This document shows positions 42,998 to 52,113 of a DNA stretch of 64,000 nucleotides, in pieces. This DNA comes from Nitrososphaerota archaeon. Its GTDB lineage: Archaea > Thermoproteota > Nitrososphaeria > Nitrososphaerales > JACQRY01. How positions within the stretch are numbered: position 1 is the first letter of the stretch; each line of letters opens with the position of its first letter. The DNA lies in the NCBI GenBank assembly GCA_016184315.1, contig JACPCU010000021.1, positions 10,050-74,049 of the forward strand. Direction: 5' to 3'. The position numbers and the translations under genes were made by a program. The notes beneath the pieces are model-generated. The model was not told where the DNA came from, did no database searches, and worked only from the letters and a program-made list of their open reading frames with translations.

Positions 42998-43927
42998 ATG
43001 CCTTACAGAGCTATTAAGCAGCTCCCGGCGGAAGAGTATCTTGCTCCCGGCCACGACATGTGCGCAGGATGCACCGTGCCCATAACTGTCCGTCTGCTAA
43101 CGAGAATTGCCGGTAAGAACACTGTGGTTGTCAACGCTACTGGCTGCCTTGAGGTTTCAACAACGCCTTATCCGCGTTCTGCGTGGAAGATTCCTTGGCT
43201 GCACTTGGCTTTTGAGAATGCTGCTGCAGCGGGGAGCGGTGTGTCTGCGGCCTTCAAAGTGTTGAAGAGGAAGGGTTTGACTGATAAGGATGTGAAGGTT
43301 GTTGTATTGGGCGGTGACGGGGGAACCGCTGATATTGGTCTGCAGTCTTTGAGCGGTGCTTTTGAGCGTGGGGACGACATAACTTACGTCTGCTACGATA
43401 ACGAGGCATACATGAACACCGGGATACAGCGAAGCGGTACCACGCCTTTTGGAGCATGGACGACCACAACTCCGCCGGGGCTGCTGTCAGCAGGTCAGAG
43501 GACGTGGAAGAAGGATCTTATGGGCATAGTCATTGCTCACCGAGTGAAATATGCGGCTACTGCCTCTCCTTCACATATCATTGACGCTGCCAATAAGATT
43601 GAGAAAGCCTTTTCCAAAGGGGGTCCAGCCTTCATACATTTTCTTCAACCCTGTGTGCCTGGCTGGAAGATAGATCCGAGCTTGGGTGTTAAGATCGCGA
43701 GGCTTGCAGTTCAGAGCGGGTTGTGGCCTCTTTACGAGTATGAGGATGGTTCGGTTAGGACGACGGTGCAAGTAGCGAAACGGGTTCCGGTAGTGGAGTA
43801 CTTTAAGCTTCAAGGGCGGTTTAAGCATCTTATGAACCGGCCTGAGGAGCTCACATTGATTCAGAACTATGCAGACGGGTTGGCTGCCAAGCATGGATAT
43901 GGGCCATTAGTTCCTGCTTCCCAGTGA
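42998..43927 (+). CDS. porB: Pyruvate/2-oxoacid:ferredoxin oxidoreductase beta subunit (TPP-binding)
   Basis: 309 aa. CAGCT..., TPP motif VVLGGDGGTADIGLQSLSGA...YVCYDNEAYMNTG. Confidence 0.9.
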   Translation: MPYRAIKQLPAEEYLAPGHDMCAGCTVPITVRLLTRIAGKNTVVVNATGCLEVSTTPYPRSAWKIPWLHLAFENAAAAGSGVSAAFKVLKRKGLTDKDVKVVVLGGDGGTADIGLQSLSGAFERGDDITYVCYDNEAYMNTGIQRSGTTPFGAWTTTTPPGLLSAGQRTWKKDLMGIVIAHRVKYAATASPSHIIDAANKIEKAFSKGGPAFIHFLQPCVPGWKIDPSLGVKIARLAVQSGLWPLYEYEDGSVRTTVQVAKRVPVVEYFKLQGRFKHLMNRPEELTLIQNYADGLAAKHGYGPLVPASQ

Positions 43928-44276
43928 GAAGTCGATGCTTCTTCGCTGTGTAGGGGTTCTTCTGCGTTGATTGTGCAGGTGCTGTTCGTTCATCGGGGCT
44001 TGCCGGATGCCGAGCGCTGGTGTAGAACCGGTCTAGGGGGGTTATATAAAGGGGGTAAGGCGAACACGCCTCGAAGTTTGAACAGAAGTCTATCTGCACC
44101 ACCATGAATCTTCTAGGCCACATCTCACTGGACGCAACATTTTGGACGACTGTCGAGTTATGCACAATAGACGCATGGAACCCCCCAGTTAGGCGACATC
44201 GTGCGTGTTGTGAAGTTTACCACCTCGGTGGCATTGATAAGGTAGAAATGGGGCCGTTGGACGGTGCTTTTCGATC

Positions 44277-45512
44277 ATGAGGGTTGGTCGTAGTTACAGT
44301 TGGGTTATTCTCAGTGTAGCGTTCGCGGCTATATTCATATCCAGTGGAGCCAATCGGTCAATTGGGCTCTTCTTCGGGCCGCTGCAAAGAGACTTCGGGT
44401 GGGACATAGCTACGCTGTCACTGGCGGTGGCGCTGTCGACTCTGGTCAACGGCGTATCTAACCCTGTGGTGGGGAAGCTGACGGACCGTCATGGTCCAAG
44501 GATAGTGATGTTTTTCAGTGGAATTTCGATGGGCGCGGGGCTTGTGGCTCTGTTCAGTCTTTCGGCTCTATGGCAGTTCTATGTGATGCTGGCTTTGATC
44601 GGTTTTGGTTACACGGGGCTGTCGAACGTTACCGGCACTGCGCTGGTTGTGCACTGGTTCCAGAGACGGAAGGGAACCGCCCTCTCCATGTTTCAGGCGG
44701 GTTTCTCAGCCGGCCAATTGTTCCTGATACCTTTGACAGGTCTGCTGATGTTGGTCAGCGGCTGGCAATCTGCCTTCCTAGCCTTGGGGCTGATGGTTTT
44801 AGCTCTTCTGCCAGTGATCGCGGTTTTGGTCAAGGATAGGCCATTGGAATCGTCTTCCTTCGTTGAAGGGCGGATTTCTAATCCAGGCGATCCCACGCGG
44901 GTGCAGCTGAAAGCTCAAGGTGACAAACCTTTCTCTTTCGCGGCGAAGACAAGACCGTTCTGGCTCATCACGTTTGGCTACTTTATCTGTGGGTTCACCT
45001 CGATCTCCATCGCCACCCACTTTCCAGTCATTGCCGAGCACCACGGTTTCAGTCCTACTGTGGCGGCTGCCAACCTGGGCGTAATGGGAGGAGTGAATGT
45101 GCTGGGCACACTGTTCATGGGCAGTGCTTCAGACAAGGTGGGGAGAAAAAACCTCTTGGCCCTTACGTATCTGATCAGGGGTCTTACTCTGGTGATGTTG
45201 TTCTTCACTCTGGACGGGACTCTCCTAACAGTCTTCGCTGCTGTCTTCGGCTTCGCCTATTATGCGACTGTCCCTCTTACATCAGGCCTGTGCAGCGACT
45301 TTTATGGGCGGAGGCATATGGGCACAATCTATGGAGTGGTGATGCTTGTACACCAGATAGGTGGGGCCGTCGGCACCTATCTGGCTGGATACGTGTTCTC
45401 TTCCACAGGAACCTATGCTTCCATACTCTTGGCCATGATAGCATCTTCAGCGCTAGCAGCCTTGATGAGCTACGGCATCGGCGAAGGAAAATGGAGAACA
45501 GGGAGCCTGTGA
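44277..45512 (+). CDS. MFS transporter (oxalate/formate antiporter-like subfamily; substrate unknown)
   Basis: 411 aa, about 12 TM. MFS loop motif GKLTDRHGPR and second-half SDKVGRK. Confidence 0.8.
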   Translation: MRVGRSYSWVILSVAFAAIFISSGANRSIGLFFGPLQRDFGWDIATLSLAVALSTLVNGVSNPVVGKLTDRHGPRIVMFFSGISMGAGLVALFSLSALWQFYVMLALIGFGYTGLSNVTGTALVVHWFQRRKGTALSMFQAGFSAGQLFLIPLTGLLMLVSGWQSAFLALGLMVLALLPVIAVLVKDRPLESSSFVEGRISNPGDPTRVQLKAQGDKPFSFAAKTRPFWLITFGYFICGFTSISIATHFPVIAEHHGFSPTVAAANLGVMGGVNVLGTLFMGSASDKVGRKNLLALTYLIRGLTLVMLFFTLDGTLLTVFAAVFGFAYYATVPLTSGLCSDFYGRRHMGTIYGVVMLVHQIGGAVGTYLAGYVFSSTGTYASILLAMIASSALAALMSYGIGEGKWRTGSL

Positions 45513-45766
45513 GTAGCGACAGGGAGATTTAGACTGGAATATGTTCCTAAATTCATTACTAGGCTAGACACATTTAGGAAAACAGGCAAAAAAGGGTTCT
45601 GGCAACTATTTGTCGCACGGGTATGTATCTCCCCTCTTCCAATATAATCCTAAGATGTTGGTCACCACTCGGTAGAGTTATCAGAACAACGTGAGAAACC
45701 GATAAAAACCAAGGGGAACAGACTGAGCGCTGATACAAGGATACACCACTTAGCCGATGTACCCGC

Positions 45767-45872
45767 GCCGGGGTCGCCTAGCTCGGTAGGGCGCAGGCCT
45801 GGAATCCATGTTAACCGGCTTGTAAGCCTGTGACCCCTCGGGGTCTCGTGGGTTCAAATCCCACCCCCGGCG
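45767..45872 (+). tRNA. tRNA-Ser (anticodon GGA) with a 20-nt canonical-position intron
   Basis: Hand-folded. Acceptor GCCGGGG/CCCCGGC. D-arm GCCT-AGCTCGGTA-GGGC. Anticodon stem CAGGC/GCCTG with loop CU-GGA-A[intron]A. 17-nt variable arm (GACCCC-TCG-GGGGTC stem-loop, i.e. class II). T-arm GTGGG-TTCAAAT-CCCAC. Discriminator G. CCA is not encoded. Mature length 86 nt. Confidence 0.85.
45805..45824 (+). other. tRNA intron (between positions 37 and 38)
   Basis: tccatgttaaccggcttgta. It starts with TCC, complementary to the GGA anticodon, as is usual for bulge-helix-bulge substrates. The exact boundaries were inferred by folding only. Confidence 0.7.
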
Positions 45873-45949
45873 CCTAATCATGATTCAATTTGCTATACGG
45901 CATCAAATAGCTCTGAACAAAGCGAAACTGAAGTGGCTTCTACGGAGTG

Positions 45950-46702
45950 TCATTGCTTCCTCGAACGTCTTGGAATAATTCTTTGCAAAAGTAGAGCTGT
46001 TGCCATAGTGCCTAAGACGACTGTGGATACTCCGAGGAGATATGTTAGAGTACTCATCGTATTGAGATGCGTTCGGAGTTCTGTTAACTCTTGGTCTAGG
46101 GCCGCGGTTTGATTGTTGCTCTGCGATAATTGCTGCTCTAGACTGGAGACTTGCCGCTGGAGGCTGCTGATCTTGTCCAGCAACGATTTTGTCTGATCGG
46201 CTGGTTCCTTTTCCTCTCCTCGGGACACCATTTGTCCCTTCACATGGATGGTGGTTGAGATGATTCTGGAGTGTGTCCCAGCTAGGCCTGACATGTTATA
46301 TGTGACTAGGATTTCTGCAGGTGCAGCGTAGAGGTCGATGGGACTAGATGTTACTTGGAAGTTGATCTTTGTGGTTGCTGTTGCTCCTTGCGGAAGATCT
46401 ATCGGCAAATCGGTTGCCCTGTAGGTGTAATCGTAGGGTGCTCCATCCTCGGTGTAGAAGATGAATGTGACCTGTGCTTGCGTGAACGTGATGCGGGTCG
46501 TATTGTTGTTTTGCACGATAAGTGTCAGGGTGCCGCTGTCGGAGGACGAGTAGAACGTAGTCTTGTCGAAACGGTAGTCTACGATCTGGGCATATGAGTG
46601 TGGTATTAGGTGAGCTGCTAGGAAGAAGCATAGGACAGCTGACGCTACAATGGCCCAGCGCCTGATGACTCGGTGCAACAAGTTCGTTGTGCGCACTTGC
46701 AC
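45950..46702 (-). CDS. Hypothetical surface protein: N-terminal signal/anchor, beta-rich domain, coiled coil, C-terminal TM anchor
   Basis: 250 aa. WAIVASAVLCFFLAAHLIP (signal-like). The T/N-rich beta region has N-x-T sequons. Coiled coil LLDKISSLQRQVSSLEQQLSQSNNQTAALDQELTELRTHL. C-terminal TM LLGVSTVVLGTMATALLL followed by a basic tail. Confidence 0.5.
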   Translation of the reverse strand: MQVRTTNLLHRVIRRWAIVASAVLCFFLAAHLIPHSYAQIVDYRFDKTTFYSSSDSGTLTLIVQNNNTTRITFTQAQVTFIFYTEDGAPYDYTYRATDLPIDLPQGATATTKINFQVTSSPIDLYAAPAEILVTYNMSGLAGTHSRIISTTIHVKGQMVSRGEEKEPADQTKSLLDKISSLQRQVSSLEQQLSQSNNQTAALDQELTELRTHLNTMSTLTYLLGVSTVVLGTMATALLLQRIIPRRSRKQ

Positions 46703-46777
46703 ATAAAAAACAGTTCTAGTGCCCGAAATGCAAGAGCTAGAATGCGGTGTTCATAGATGTTCTTTGGTTGTGGCCGA

Positions 46778-47542
46778 TTATTTGCTGAGTATCTCTCTAA
46801 TATTGACGAATATCTTTGCAAAGGCTTCCTTGGTCAGCAGGCCTGTGTTAGTGTTCCTAGGCGTCGGATGGTAAGATGCGAAGAGAATTGGCAAGCCTCG
46901 TCCAGGCTTGTAGACTGCTCCGTGGTGGAACTTCAGATTACGGATATCGATCTTGTGGCTATCTTTGATATGCCTTACATAGCCATCGAAGGCGAACCTG
47001 CCGAGTGCGAGAACAGCTTGCACAGACCCTAACAGTCTGATCTCTTCCGCGAGATACTGGGCGCAGTTAGACGTTTCCGCAGCAGACGGCTTGTTATCAG
47101 GAGGCGCGCACTTAACAGCCGCCGTCATAAACGCGTCTCTCAACACCAATCCGTCATTTTTACTCTCAGAGGTAGGCTGGTTAGCGAATCCTGCCTCATA
47201 CATGGCTCTCATTAGGAAGCGGGCTGTTGCGTCTCCTGTGAAAACTCTGCCAGTTCTGTTGCCTCCGTGGGCCGCAGGAGCCAACCCTATGATCAGGAGT
47301 CTGGCATAAGCGTCACCGAAGCCTGAAACCGGTCTCCCCCAATACTGTCCTCCTTTGAAGCCTCTGATCTCTCCTCTTGCTACTTTCTCGCGGTATTCGA
47401 CAAGTCTAGGACAGCGTCTGCACTGATGTATCTCCTCAGATAATGTCTGTAGCTCGGATTCACGAATCAGCCCTTGTCCTTTCCCGCTTCCGTCGTCACG
47501 CATAATTGCATCGCCTCTGTCCGCCGAACAACTTAAATCCAC
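46778..47542 (-). CDS. udg: Uracil-DNA glycosylase, Fe-S-containing family 4/5 (motif A GLAPA indicates family 5/UDGb-like)
   Basis: 254 aa. CRRCPRLVEYRE, IIGLAPAAHGGNRTGRVFTGD, VKCAPP...C, SYHPTPRN. Confidence 0.75.
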   Translation of the reverse strand: MDLSCSADRGDAIMRDDGSGKGQGLIRESELQTLSEEIHQCRRCPRLVEYREKVARGEIRGFKGGQYWGRPVSGFGDAYARLLIIGLAPAAHGGNRTGRVFTGDATARFLMRAMYEAGFANQPTSESKNDGLVLRDAFMTAAVKCAPPDNKPSAAETSNCAQYLAEEIRLLGSVQAVLALGRFAFDGYVRHIKDSHKIDIRNLKFHHGAVYKPGRGLPILFASYHPTPRNTNTGLLTKEAFAKIFVNIREILSK

Positions 47543-47692
47543 ATAGTTTCAGAACTAGATCTAGACATCGTCATGGAAGACAAACCCAAGACCAAGCTCG
47601 CAAAGGAACAGCAAGAGCAAAAAGAACAGTACGAGCATGAGCCGATATCATACTCTTTCGACTATGAGTCCTGTGGTTGCGAATAGACATAT

Positions 47693-48934
47693 TCAACCAG
47701 CTTTTACAAGCACGTAAACAGAGCGAAGCACTTTCTGTTCGGAAGACGATCCTGGACGCAGAGGGTATTCTACGTGCATATTCTCCGGCATGTAGATCTG
47801 GAAGGCAGTCTCCGACAGGGTTCTTTTGAAGGGAAGCGTAATTGTTCCACCTTCCCGTACCCTTATCTGTGGAACCACTATTGCTGATCGACCATGCTTC
47901 TTCAAGACCTTCTCCATGTCTACTAGGGCATCCCGGTAAGTCGGAAGGGCTTCGGCCAGCATATGTTCAGCCTCAGAGCGGCTTGGGGTCTTCTTAAGAA
48001 GAGGCAGCAGAATCGGTTCAGTGGCTATTGCGTCAACGCTTTCATGGCCCACTATCTTGGATAGGTGTCTTGCATCACCTTTGATGATCCTCCTGCTTCC
48101 TTTGCCTCCGAATGAGTCTGCAGTCCACTTAAGGTTCTTTTCAGCGGCTCTGACCATGTTTGAGTCGATATCTGCGCCTAATACGTTCAGCCCCATTACA
48201 AGCGCCTCTTGAAGTATCGTCCCTGTGCCGCAGAACGGATCAAGAAGGGTCATTCCCTTGCCGACGCCGGTGAGATTCACAAGCATCCTTGCAAGCCTAG
48301 GCGCAAGGCTGATCTTAGAAACCTTGATCGGCCTCTCCATGTCCCTCTTATGGAAACCTTCGTTGTCAGACACTCCCACTGTACATCCTACGTAGACCTC
48401 GCCACCTATGCGCGCGGCCACAATCTCCAAAACTGACCTAGAGTCTCTTTTCTTAATGTAGTCTGTAGACAAGAGTTCCACGCCTCTCGCAGCTGACTCG
48501 GTTGTCTTAGTTTCAAGGAACTTGGCCTTAGAGGCGCCGTCTTCTTTGAGGCGTTCCGCGAAGTACTGTCGAAGTTTCTCAGCTATAGCTTTACTTTGGT
48601 TGGGCTGGGGGTCGTAGACGCTGATGGCCCATGGGACTTTCTCGTCGAGCCAGTCGTAGAAGACCTTATCTCTCAGCCGAGATCTGAGAAGTTCGGTGCC
48701 GGAGAAGTCTTCGAGTCTGAGCTTAGTGGTGTGGGCGCAGACTTTGAAGCATCCTCCCAGTTCCTTTATCGCTCTGGAAGACTCCAATCCTTCTGCGGCC
48801 AGTATTGCTGCATTAGGCGATACGCTGACTACTTTATGGTTGATTCTCCTAGCGTGCAGGTATGAGTGGATTTCAAGTAGGGATAGTTCAGAATGGATCA
48901 GTATGAAGATGTATTCGGGGCTCATGGTGTTCAT
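47693..48934 (-). CDS. THUMP-like domain plus class I SAM methyltransferase, Trm11/COG1041-like, with an atypical motif IV
   Basis: 413 aa. LAPRLARMLVNLTGVGKGMTLLDPFCGTGTILQEALVMGLNVLGADID (motifs X/I/II of COG1041-type RNA methylases). Where (D/N)PPY is expected the sequence reads VDAIATEPILLP. Confidence 0.55.
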   Translation of the reverse strand: MNTMSPEYIFILIHSELSLLEIHSYLHARRINHKVVSVSPNAAILAAEGLESSRAIKELGGCFKVCAHTTKLRLEDFSGTELLRSRLRDKVFYDWLDEKVPWAISVYDPQPNQSKAIAEKLRQYFAERLKEDGASKAKFLETKTTESAARGVELLSTDYIKKRDSRSVLEIVAARIGGEVYVGCTVGVSDNEGFHKRDMERPIKVSKISLAPRLARMLVNLTGVGKGMTLLDPFCGTGTILQEALVMGLNVLGADIDSNMVRAAEKNLKWTADSFGGKGSRRIIKGDARHLSKIVGHESVDAIATEPILLPLLKKTPSRSEAEHMLAEALPTYRDALVDMEKVLKKHGRSAIVVPQIRVREGGTITLPFKRTLSETAFQIYMPENMHVEYPLRPGSSSEQKVLRSVYVLVKAG

Positions 48935-49038
48935 GTGAAGAACCTTCTTTCAAACCTACGCTGGAACAACTGGGAGTATGGGTTAACTTAATTATTACCT
49001 TCTTTGCAGGTCTGAGTTACACGGAAGGATGTTTAGAC

Positions 49039-49551
49039 ATGAAGGGGAGAAACTACAGGATTCCAAGCGGGATGCCACTTACTCAGAAGAGGTTCAAGCC
49101 TGGCGCACCTAACCCTAAGATTGCTAGGTTCACCTTGGGGAAGTCTAGGCCAGACTATGACGTCAAAGTCCAACTCGTATCAACGGAGAGAACCCAGATA
49201 AGGCATAACGCCCTTGAAGCTGCTAGGGTAGCGGCGAACAAGAAGCTGATCACCGTAGGTGAAGAGAATTACTTCTTGATGGTCAAGGTGTATCCTCATG
49301 TAATACTTAGGGAGAACAAGATGATCGCCACTGCAGGCGCAGATAGGCTTCAGGAGGGCATGCGGAAGGCCTTCGGAAAAGCCGTGGGCTTGGCTGCAAG
49401 AGTGAAGCCAGGGTCGGTGATCTTGGAGATAAGCACCAGCCAACAGCACGCAACCAAAGCTAGAGAATCCCTTAAGACCGCTTCAACAAAACTTCCTATG
49501 CCTACTTACGTAGTGCAAGTGCCTCTGACGCCAGCTGCTCCTCAAGCGTGA
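49039..49551 (+). CDS. rpl10e: Ribosomal protein uL16 (L10e)
   Basis: 170 aa. MKGRNYRIPSGMPLTQKRF...IRHNALEAARVAANKKL...GADRLQEGMRKAFGK. Confidence 0.92.
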   Translation: MKGRNYRIPSGMPLTQKRFKPGAPNPKIARFTLGKSRPDYDVKVQLVSTERTQIRHNALEAARVAANKKLITVGEENYFLMVKVYPHVILRENKMIATAGADRLQEGMRKAFGKAVGLAARVKPGSVILEISTSQQHATKARESLKTASTKLPMPTYVVQVPLTPAAPQA

Positions 49552-49592
49552 GTAGCGAATAGAACCGCGGTTTGCGATGTAGTTCACTGGTC

Positions 49593-50630
49593 TTATCCGC
49601 CGATGGTGTGCATCGGTCTGATATGGATCATCTGAACATTTGTCTTCATCATGGTTTCTACTCCTGGAGACTTGCTCCAGAAGTTTTTCCGTATTGATCG
49701 GGCTATTTCGCTGTCTGAAGCTCCTTCTCGTAGCAGCGATTTCACGTCGTATTCGTCTAGGCTGAACATGCAGGGCACTATCTTGCCGTCAGCCTTGAGT
49801 CTGATCCTGTCGCAGTCGCCGCAGAAGGGTTCCGTCATGGATGTTATAGTGCCTATTTCTCCTTTGGATGAATCCTTGAATTTGTAGACTTTGGACGTAC
49901 TGCCATATTCTTTGGGTAGTTCGAGTAGGTCGTAGGCTGTCTGAATCTTCTGTATGATTTCTCTTCCGCTTACTACTCTTTCTACGTCCCAGATCTTTGT
50001 TCCGTCGAAGGGCATGTATTCGATGAATCTGACGATGGCGTTTGAGTCGTGGGCTAGCTTGGCGAAGTCGAGGATTTCGTTGTCGTTGCATCCTCTTGTT
50101 ACTACGCAGTTTATCTTCAGCTTGAGACCTGCTTTCTTGGATTCCTCAATGCCTGCCAGGACTCTTTCAAACATGTTTTTGGTGCCTGTTATGGTGTGGT
50201 AGAGTTCAGGTTTGAGGCTGTGGAGGCTCACCGTGACTCCTTTCAGCCCGTTTTCCTTCAATATGGCTGCTTTCTCTTTTAAGAGGGCTCCGTTGCTAGT
50301 CATGCTCACACTCTCTATCCCTTTGACCTTGGTGAGCATTATGACAAGTTTCTCGATGTCTTTTCTGACTAGGGGTTCGCCTCCGCTCAGCCTGATGGTG
50401 TTTATGCCCATCGATGCTAGGATTGACGCTACTCTCGTTATTTCTTCAAAGGTGAGGACTTCTTTGTGATCCAGCCAGATGGGGTGTGTGGGCATGCAGA
50501 AGTCGCAGCGGAAGTTACATCTGTCTGTCACTGATATTCTCAGTTTAGCTGCTTTTCGCCCGAAGGAGTCTACTAGGGATCCTTCTGTTGGATATGCGTG
50601 TTCACTGGATTTGCGGTACACGTCGGGCAA
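49593..50630 (-). CDS. moaA: GTP 3',8-cyclase MoaA (radical SAM, molybdenum cofactor biosynthesis)
   Basis: 345 aa. Radical-SAM CNFRCDFC, LSGGEPL, C-terminal cluster CGDCDRIRL, terminal GG. Confidence 0.9.
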   Translation of the reverse strand: MPDVYRKSSEHAYPTEGSLVDSFGRKAAKLRISVTDRCNFRCDFCMPTHPIWLDHKEVLTFEEITRVASILASMGINTIRLSGGEPLVRKDIEKLVIMLTKVKGIESVSMTSNGALLKEKAAILKENGLKGVTVSLHSLKPELYHTITGTKNMFERVLAGIEESKKAGLKLKINCVVTRGCNDNEILDFAKLAHDSNAIVRFIEYMPFDGTKIWDVERVVSGREIIQKIQTAYDLLELPKEYGSTSKVYKFKDSSKGEIGTITSMTEPFCGDCDRIRLKADGKIVPCMFSLDEYDVKSLLREGASDSEIARSIRKNFWSKSPGVETMMKTNVQMIHIRPMHTIGG

Positions 50631-50722
50631 AGTGTACCTTGTCCTCTAATGTAATAACTGCTCGGTGCATGCTATTAAGCGTGGTGCTGACCGGTTGAGT
50701 GAGGATTAGAGTGTTTGGTCGG

Positions 50723-50759
50723 CATGTTTCTGCGGGTTACCCTAGCGGGAAGAAACATG
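50723..50759. promoter_or_regulatory. Perfect 9-bp inverted repeat with a 19-nt spacer in the divergent moaA / glycosyltransferase intergenic region
   Basis: catgtttct (50723-50731) ... agaaacatg (50751-50759). The spacer gcgggttaccctagcggga contains a small ggg-tta-ccc hairpin. Function unknown (operator or RNA hairpin). Confidence 0.3.
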
Positions 50760-50849
50760 GAGCGAGATGGGATAGGTGGCTCATTGTTCTGATCGTGTTC
50801 AAGTTTCTTTAGGCTTAAATCGACGTAGACCAGTAGGTAGATGGCTTAG

Positions 50850-51860
50850 TTGTCTAGTTCACCGTTTGACTCTCAATTTCTTGTACTCGTTGCTGGGTTT
50901 GCAGTGCTACTTTCCGCTGGTGCCACTTATGTCGCGTCTAGTCTTTTGATAGGATTATTGGGTAAGAAGGGTCGCGTTGTGATGGATTACCACAAGAAAG
51001 GCAAGCCGATGGTTCCTAAACCCGGTGGACCCGCGATTATTCTGGGGCTTGTAGTGGGGGAGGCCGTGCTCTACCTGTTCACTCAGCAGGCTTCCCTGCT
51101 TGCTTTGATGGCTACTCTAATAATAGCGGGTGTGATAGGTCTGCTTGACGATGTTGTAACTTTGAGTGGCGCTGTTAAGCCTGCTCTTCTCCTGTTCGCC
51201 TCTCTTCCTATCCTCTTGCTTGGAGCCTATGATTTTCACCTTGCCCTCCCCTTCTTCGGGGCTGTTCGCCTCTCCATCATCTATCCTATTCTCCTGCTCT
51301 TGGCGATACCTGTGACGTCGAACACTGTTAACACGATCGATGTTCTGAACGGCGTTGTCTCAGGCTTCATGCTGATAGCTTCTATTCCACTGATCTTCGC
51401 GCTGCTTTTGTTCGGAAATTATGTTGTTGCTGCAGCAGCAACAGTATTCGCTGCTACAGCAGCTGCTTTCTACCTTGTTCACAGATATCCTTCGAAGATC
51501 TTCCCCGGAGACTCGGGGAGCCTTACTTTAGGTGCAGGTTACGGTGCCCTAGCCATCATAGGTAGAGCAGAGATGGTTGGAGTAGTAGCTTTACTCCCAG
51601 CGATATTGAACTCATTCTTCTTCCTCTCAACAGTGAAGAGGCTCGTAGAGCATAGGAAGGTGAAGGAGAGGCCCATAGTTGTAAGCGAAGACGGTCTGCT
51701 GACTGCATCCCGTAAGCCAGAGGCGCCCATCAGTCTGGTTAGGCTCATAGTAGCAAGAAGCCCGATGTTTGAGCACCAAGTCGCCGGGGAAATACTGAGG
51801 CTCGCAGCGTTTTCAGCCATACTCGCAGCATTAACAGCATTGACCGTCAGAGGATTCTAG
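50850..51860 (+). CDS. Glycosyltransferase family 4 (MraY/WecA/AglH-like polyprenyl-phosphate HexNAc-1-phosphate transferase)
   Basis: 336 aa, about 10 TM. GLLDDV, NTVNTIDVLNG, FPGDSGS motifs. Confidence 0.78.
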   Translation: MSSSPFDSQFLVLVAGFAVLLSAGATYVASSLLIGLLGKKGRVVMDYHKKGKPMVPKPGGPAIILGLVVGEAVLYLFTQQASLLALMATLIIAGVIGLLDDVVTLSGAVKPALLLFASLPILLLGAYDFHLALPFFGAVRLSIIYPILLLLAIPVTSNTVNTIDVLNGVVSGFMLIASIPLIFALLLFGNYVVAAAATVFAATAAAFYLVHRYPSKIFPGDSGSLTLGAGYGALAIIGRAEMVGVVALLPAILNSFFFLSTVKRLVEHRKVKERPIVVSEDGLLTASRKPEAPISLVRLIVARSPMFEHQVAGEILRLAAFSAILAALTALTVRGF

Positions 51861-51861
51861 G

Positions 51862-52113
51862 ATGGCTTCCACTCTCCGCCCCTTAATGATGATCCTATTC
51901 GCCACTTGGCTCCTGATACTAGGCGGCTCGGTAATCGTCTTCAAACTCATAGTCCCCATCCCCGACTTGTACGAAGGCAGAATAGGCTTGATTGTGACAG
52001 CGATTCTGAAGGCTGGAGCCTCAGTTGCACTGGTTTTGGTCTGGGTTTGGATTATGGTAAATCTTAGGAACCTCTATGTGAAGCGTATATTGAAGCCAGT
52101 AAGTTCAGACTAG
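51862..52113 (+). CDS. Small 2-TM membrane protein, unknown function
   Basis: 83 aa. It starts 2 nt after the GT4 stop. Two hydrophobic helices. Confidence 0.4.
   Translation: MASTLRPLMMILFATWLLILGGSVIVFKLIVPIPDLYEGRIGLIVTAILKAGASVALVLVWVWIMVNLRNLYVKRILKPVSSD

Noticed and set aside
43851-44165. 104-aa minus-strand ORF in the porB-MFS spacer
   Set aside because: It overlaps the porB 3' end, has no start context or motifs, and its composition is random-looking.
45767-45872. Alternative reading of the tRNA as tRNA-Thr(UGU), using CTTGTAA as the anticodon loop with the insert placed 5' of it
   Set aside because: The 17-nt variable arm and G discriminator are class II/Ser features. The canonical 37/38 intron position with anticodon-complementary intron start (TCC) fits GGA better.
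47573-47686. 37-aa acidic plus-strand ORF (MEDKPKTKLAKEQQEQKEQYEHEPISYSFDYESCGCE) between udg and the methylase gene
   Set aside because: It is too short and low-complexity to support. It lies in the space between two minus-strand genes, where a promoter or terminator is expected. I kept it only as a note.
50631-50849. Moco riboswitch upstream of moaA
   Set aside because: The Moco RNA motif is a bacterial element. I could not recognise its conserved stems here, only a simple 9-bp inverted repeat.
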